Shown here one piece after another: positions 60,582 through 64,000 of a stretch of 64,000 nt of DNA. The stretch is taken from NCBI GenBank assembly GCA_965227295.1, contig OZ245742.1:1952001-2016000 (forward strand), read 5' to 3'. The translations under genes and the position numbers were made by a program. The DNA comes from Leptonemataceae bacterium (lineage in GTDB: Bacteria; Spirochaetota; Leptospiria; Leptospirales; Leptonemataceae). Position 1 is the first letter of the stretch. Each line of letters begins with the position of its first letter. The notes beneath the pieces were generated by a model. The model was given only the letters and a program-made list of their open reading frames with translations, made no database searches and was not told where the DNA came from.

Positions 60582-62154
60582 GAAGATCTTTCAGGCGGGG
60601 TTTCAGGTACTCCGCCATCGCTTCCGCGGCCACGGCGTTGCCGGCGTTGTTCCAGTGCATGTCGTAGGGATAATGCAGCAGCTCGTCGCCGTGAGCGCGG
60701 AAGGCCGGCAGCAGGTCACGGCATGTGAGGCCGTGTTTCGCACACATTGCCAGGATGCGTCGATTGGGTTGTTCCAGGTCGAAAGCGTCCGTGTTCAGGC
60801 CGAACCAGTCCCTGGTGGCCTCCCATTCCGCCTCGGATTGCTGAAATCTTTGCGGGTACAGAAAGTAGAACAGTGGCGCACCGTTGTTCTGCTCATCCGC
60901 AATCTCTGCCAGCACGCGTTCTTCGGTTTCGTAAAAGAGTTCTCCGCTCGGATGCAGTTCTTTCAGGAACAGTCCGAGATCGTTCTGCTGATCCCACATC
61001 ATCACCTTGCCGTCTTCGGCGGAGCGATAGTTGTAGATGGCCGTCGGCCGGAACAGACCGATCAAAGTTTCCAGACGTAAAACCAGGCGCAGGCAGCGCA
61101 GTTGGTCTTCGGGCAGCAACGAACAGACCCGGGTGCGGCCCGCGCCGCTTTCCAGGGCCGACGGCGGAAGATGGATTCTGCCGAACTCCCGGGCGTAGTA
61201 CTCGAGCGGGCTTAGATTTTCCGTGGATTGCATTAAGTATCTTTCAACGTAAGCTACGGGAAGGTCGTTGCCGATTGTGATGCCGTGGATGATAGCGTCT
61301 TCATCGAAACGGCCGCGGTTCTTGCGCAGCCAGAGCTTGAGGGACGTTTGGTCCATGGCCCTCGCCACGAAGATGCGAACCCTGCGATTCGGAAAGGCCG
61401 TCTGGAGTCGCTCTTCCAGCAACGTGGCCGCGGTCTTGCTCTGCTCCGTTCGGTAGCCGATTGTAAAACTGTCTCCGAGGAACAAGAGGCGCAGTTCGTC
61501 GGCCGGCTTCGGCAAAATCATTTCGTGATTGCTGCGGAAACCCGACGCGTTAGTGCGCACCAGGCCGGTGGAACCGTCGCCCAGGAGCATCGGTTCGTTC
61601 AGGTTCTTCTTGAGCAGGCCGGGATTTTCGCCGTCAAAGAGATCCGGAAAGTCCAGTACCTCCGACTTCGTCGCCGTATACATGCGCATATGAAAGTACA
61701 GCAACGGTAACTCGATCAAGATGATCAGGAATACGGCGTAGAACACGAGATTGCGGGTTCCGTTCAAGATTCTGACCGGCAGGGCGGTGTGCCGGGGCGC
61801 GAGGGTCATGAGCACGACGGCCGCCGCAAAGGCCGGCCACGCATAGCGGATGGACGCGAAGGCGGCGTATTTATAGGTTAAGATGGACGTCGCGAGCGCG
61901 ACGACGATCAACGAGACGGTCAGTGCGCTTTGAACGAAAGCGGTTTCGTTACGCATTGATTTATACAGAAAGTAAAGAAGGAACGCCGTTAGCAGGGGCG
62001 GAAGCGTTCCCATGAGCGTGGTGCAAATCCCGTACGGCCAGGCGGGCAGGAGCAGCCACGCGAAGGTATGGCCGATGATGAAGAGGATAAAGACGAGTAG
62101 ACTGAGGACAAAGGCCAGCGCTACAAGAGAAGGTGCGGAGCGGGGTCTCATCAT
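60562..62154 (-). CDS. Membrane-anchored SGNH/GDSL hydrolase-family protein
   Basis: Multi-TM N-terminus; TNASGFR, LFLGDSFTIG, GND, DMHWNNAGN. Confidence 0.82.
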   Translation of the reverse strand: MMRPRSAPSLVALAFVLSLLVFILFIIGHTFAWLLLPAWPYGICTTLMGTLPPLLTAFLLYFLYKSMRNETAFVQSALTVSLIVVALATSILTYKYAAFASIRYAWPAFAAAVVLMTLAPRHTALPVRILNGTRNLVFYAVFLIILIELPLLYFHMRMYTATKSEVLDFPDLFDGENPGLLKKNLNEPMLLGDGSTGLVRTNASGFRSNHEMILPKPADELRLLFLGDSFTIGYRTEQSKTAATLLEERLQTAFPNRRVRIFVARAMDQTSLKLWLRKNRGRFDEDAIIHGITIGNDLPVAYVERYLMQSTENLSPLEYYAREFGRIHLPPSALESGAGRTRVCSLLPEDQLRCLRLVLRLETLIGLFRPTAIYNYRSAEDGKVMMWDQQNDLGLFLKELHPSGELFYETEERVLAEIADEQNNGAPLFYFLYPQRFQQSEAEWEATRDWFGLNTDAFDLEQPNRRILAMCAKHGLTCRDLLPAFRAHGDELLHYPYDMHWNNAGNAVAAEAMAEYLKPRLKDLLKTSRK

Positions 62155-62446
62155 GCCGAAAAGTCAAGACACGTTTTGTCAGTCAATTTTGAATCGAATT
62201 CGCATCATCAAGATTGATTAACATGTTGTGTTGATTCTTTAACGAAGCGATCCAGTCTCATAGATGCAGCGGTGATTGTAATTGCCGGCGAGCCGCATAC
62301 TTTGAGTAGCCAACGGATTAGCGAAGTAGACGGTGGTGCCGGGGAATTCGCTTCGCATCAACCGCGACATACGGTATATATTGTCGCGCAGGTGGATTGT
62401 CTCAAAAAAGGGACCGCAAATGCGGAAGCTCGAACGTGATTTTTAT

Positions 62447-64000
62447 TTAGCGGTGTTCGAAGGAATCCACCATCAACGCCGGCAGCGTTGCATGATACAA
62501 CTCCGGTTCCGCATAACGCAGACTCAATGCTTCGGGCAACAGTGAAATCAGTTCGTAGTTCTGACCGTCGGAGCGATAGTGATACTGCTGTTCGCACGCA
62601 TCGTTTCGGCGCGGGTCGCGAGGCAGCGCGTCCAGGAACTCCGGAACCAGGCCGGGAATCCAGTCGTCCGTCGACATACCCATGCAACTGCGCCGGGCGA
62701 ACCACTGGTTCTGCGTCTGCGGATAGCTGCCGCTTTTTGCTTTATATCGTTCCAGGGCCGCGGCGATTGGCCGCAAATCTTTCAAGCGTTCTTCATCGCG
62801 CGCCAGAAACACATCGGGGCCGAGCTTCGCGAAGTCCAGGTCCGCCGGCCCGGGATCGGCGATCATACCCAGGGGCACGTTATGGTAACGTACGCCGTCG
62901 CGATGTTTGTACCCGGCGGGCAGGCTGCCGACGTGTCCGGCCAGAAAGATCAGATCCACGTTGCGTTCCTCGTAGAACTGCCAGGGATCCGCGTGCGGAT
63001 CGCGCGACAACACATTGATCTCAAAGCCGATGACGTCCGTTTCGCTGCAGGTCTTACCGGCGTTCTCAAAGGGAACGCAGAGCAAGTGCGGATCGATGTT
63101 CGCCGCGATGACGACGGGAGAATCGTCGTTGGCCGGAAGACTATGCTCGATCTTTTGCAAGAGAGTACGCATGGGATGCGTGTCGCGCGCGGGCAGTATC
63201 CAGGCATACGTCAGAATCGACAGAACCGCGAGGCCCGCGCCAATGAAGTAGAGTCGGCGGTGCCGCCGTTCGGTGCCGTCCTCGTCCAGCTCAAGGGCGC
63301 TCGCGGCCGCAACGACGGCCGCCGGCAGCAGACCGGCCATGAATTCGGTACGCGGAAAGAGCAAAAGGATGCTCGCCAGATGCACGAGCACGATCAACAC
63401 CGGCACGATCCAGGGCAGGCGTTCCTGCCAGGGCGTTTGCGTGAGCGAAAGACCTCGCGCGTGAATCAACAGACGCACCACCGCATACCCAAAAAAAGCG
63501 CCCGTTAGAACCTGGTGCAACATCGTGGAATCGAAGCCGGCCTGGGCGTGGCTCAGGAATAATCCGAACTGAGCGAAAGTTAGTGGTACGTTGCGCAGAA
63601 CGTGCAGGAGCATATAAACCGGGCGCAGACGAAAGGCCTCAATGAGTCCGGGAAGTTCGGTGCCGAAGATTTCTTTGTTCAACGGCCCGGAGTGCACCAT
63701 CCAGGACGCATCGAGACCCCGGGACCATACCTCCGCGAGCGCGACGTGTTGCGCGAGCGTCAGTCGGCCGCGCTCAACGAAGTCCGGGCATACGATCACC
63801 AGGGCAGCGACTGCGATGAGCGGAGCCGCGGTGGCCGCCAGGATGCGCGTGCGGCGCGGGAGTTCCCGGGATTGCAGCGACATCCATACGACGTAGGCCG
63901 CGAGTAAAAACGAAGGAACAAGGAAATCCAGGCGTAGAAACGGCCCCGCGCCGATGAGCAGGATCAACCAGGGAAAGCGTCGATGGCCCGCGCGCGGGAC
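62447..64000 (-). CDS. Polytopic membrane protein with C-terminal GspG-like domain; 5' end lies beyond the window
   Basis: Many TM helices; ALERYKAKSGSYP..GLVPEFLDALPRDP..YHYRSDGQNYELIS. Confidence 0.65.
   Translation of the reverse strand, partial: VPRAGHRRFPWLILLIGAGPFLRLDFLVPSFLLAAYVVWMSLQSRELPRRTRILAATAAPLIAVAALVIVCPDFVERGRLTLAQHVALAEVWSRGLDASWMVHSGPLNKEIFGTELPGLIEAFRLRPVYMLLHVLRNVPLTFAQFGLFLSHAQAGFDSTMLHQVLTGAFFGYAVVRLLIHARGLSLTQTPWQERLPWIVPVLIVLVHLASILLLFPRTEFMAGLLPAAVVAAASALELDEDGTERRHRRLYFIGAGLAVLSILTYAWILPARDTHPMRTLLQKIEHSLPANDDSPVVIAANIDPHLLCVPFENAGKTCSETDVIGFEINVLSRDPHADPWQFYEERNVDLIFLAGHVGSLPAGYKHRDGVRYHNVPLGMIADPGPADLDFAKLGPDVFLARDEERLKDLRPIAAALERYKAKSGSYPQTQNQWFARRSCMGMSTDDWIPGLVPEFLDALPRDPRRNDACEQQYHYRSDGQNYELISLLPEALSLRYAEPELYHATLPALMVDSFEHR

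Overview
GC-rich bacterial chromosomal window. It is inferred to be Leptospiraceae/spirochaete-like, from an unlinked 5S rRNA gene, a BLUF-cyclase remnant, a CheX-like gene, a 7TM-DISM chemoreceptor and two class III cyclases; this was not verified by search. It carries a glycogen/maltodextrin cluster (glgP, GH57, GT4, glgX, malQ), lipid and redox genes, a solitary 5S rRNA, PBP1A, an S1-domain protein, rplM-rpsI, betaine-lipid btaAB, an STM4011-4015-type radical-SAM/ATP-grasp operon and a carbamoyltransferase/SxtJ/DUF5989/SGNH cluster. Most notable: (1) a compact module of membrane histidine kinase, LuxI/GNAT-like synthase and NarL/LuxR response regulator, a candidate unconventional quorum-sensing circuit; (2) a ~0.9 kb non-coding array of ~310-330 bp degenerate tandem repeats; (3) a VapBC-type toxin-antitoxin cassette flanked by a duplicated copy of the 5S rRNA promoter; (4) a possible divergent Doc/Fido-like toxin-antitoxin pair; (5) three genes broken by internal deletions (MFS, SDR, photoactivated adenylyl cyclase). 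All family calls come from motif recognition by eye; no searches were run.
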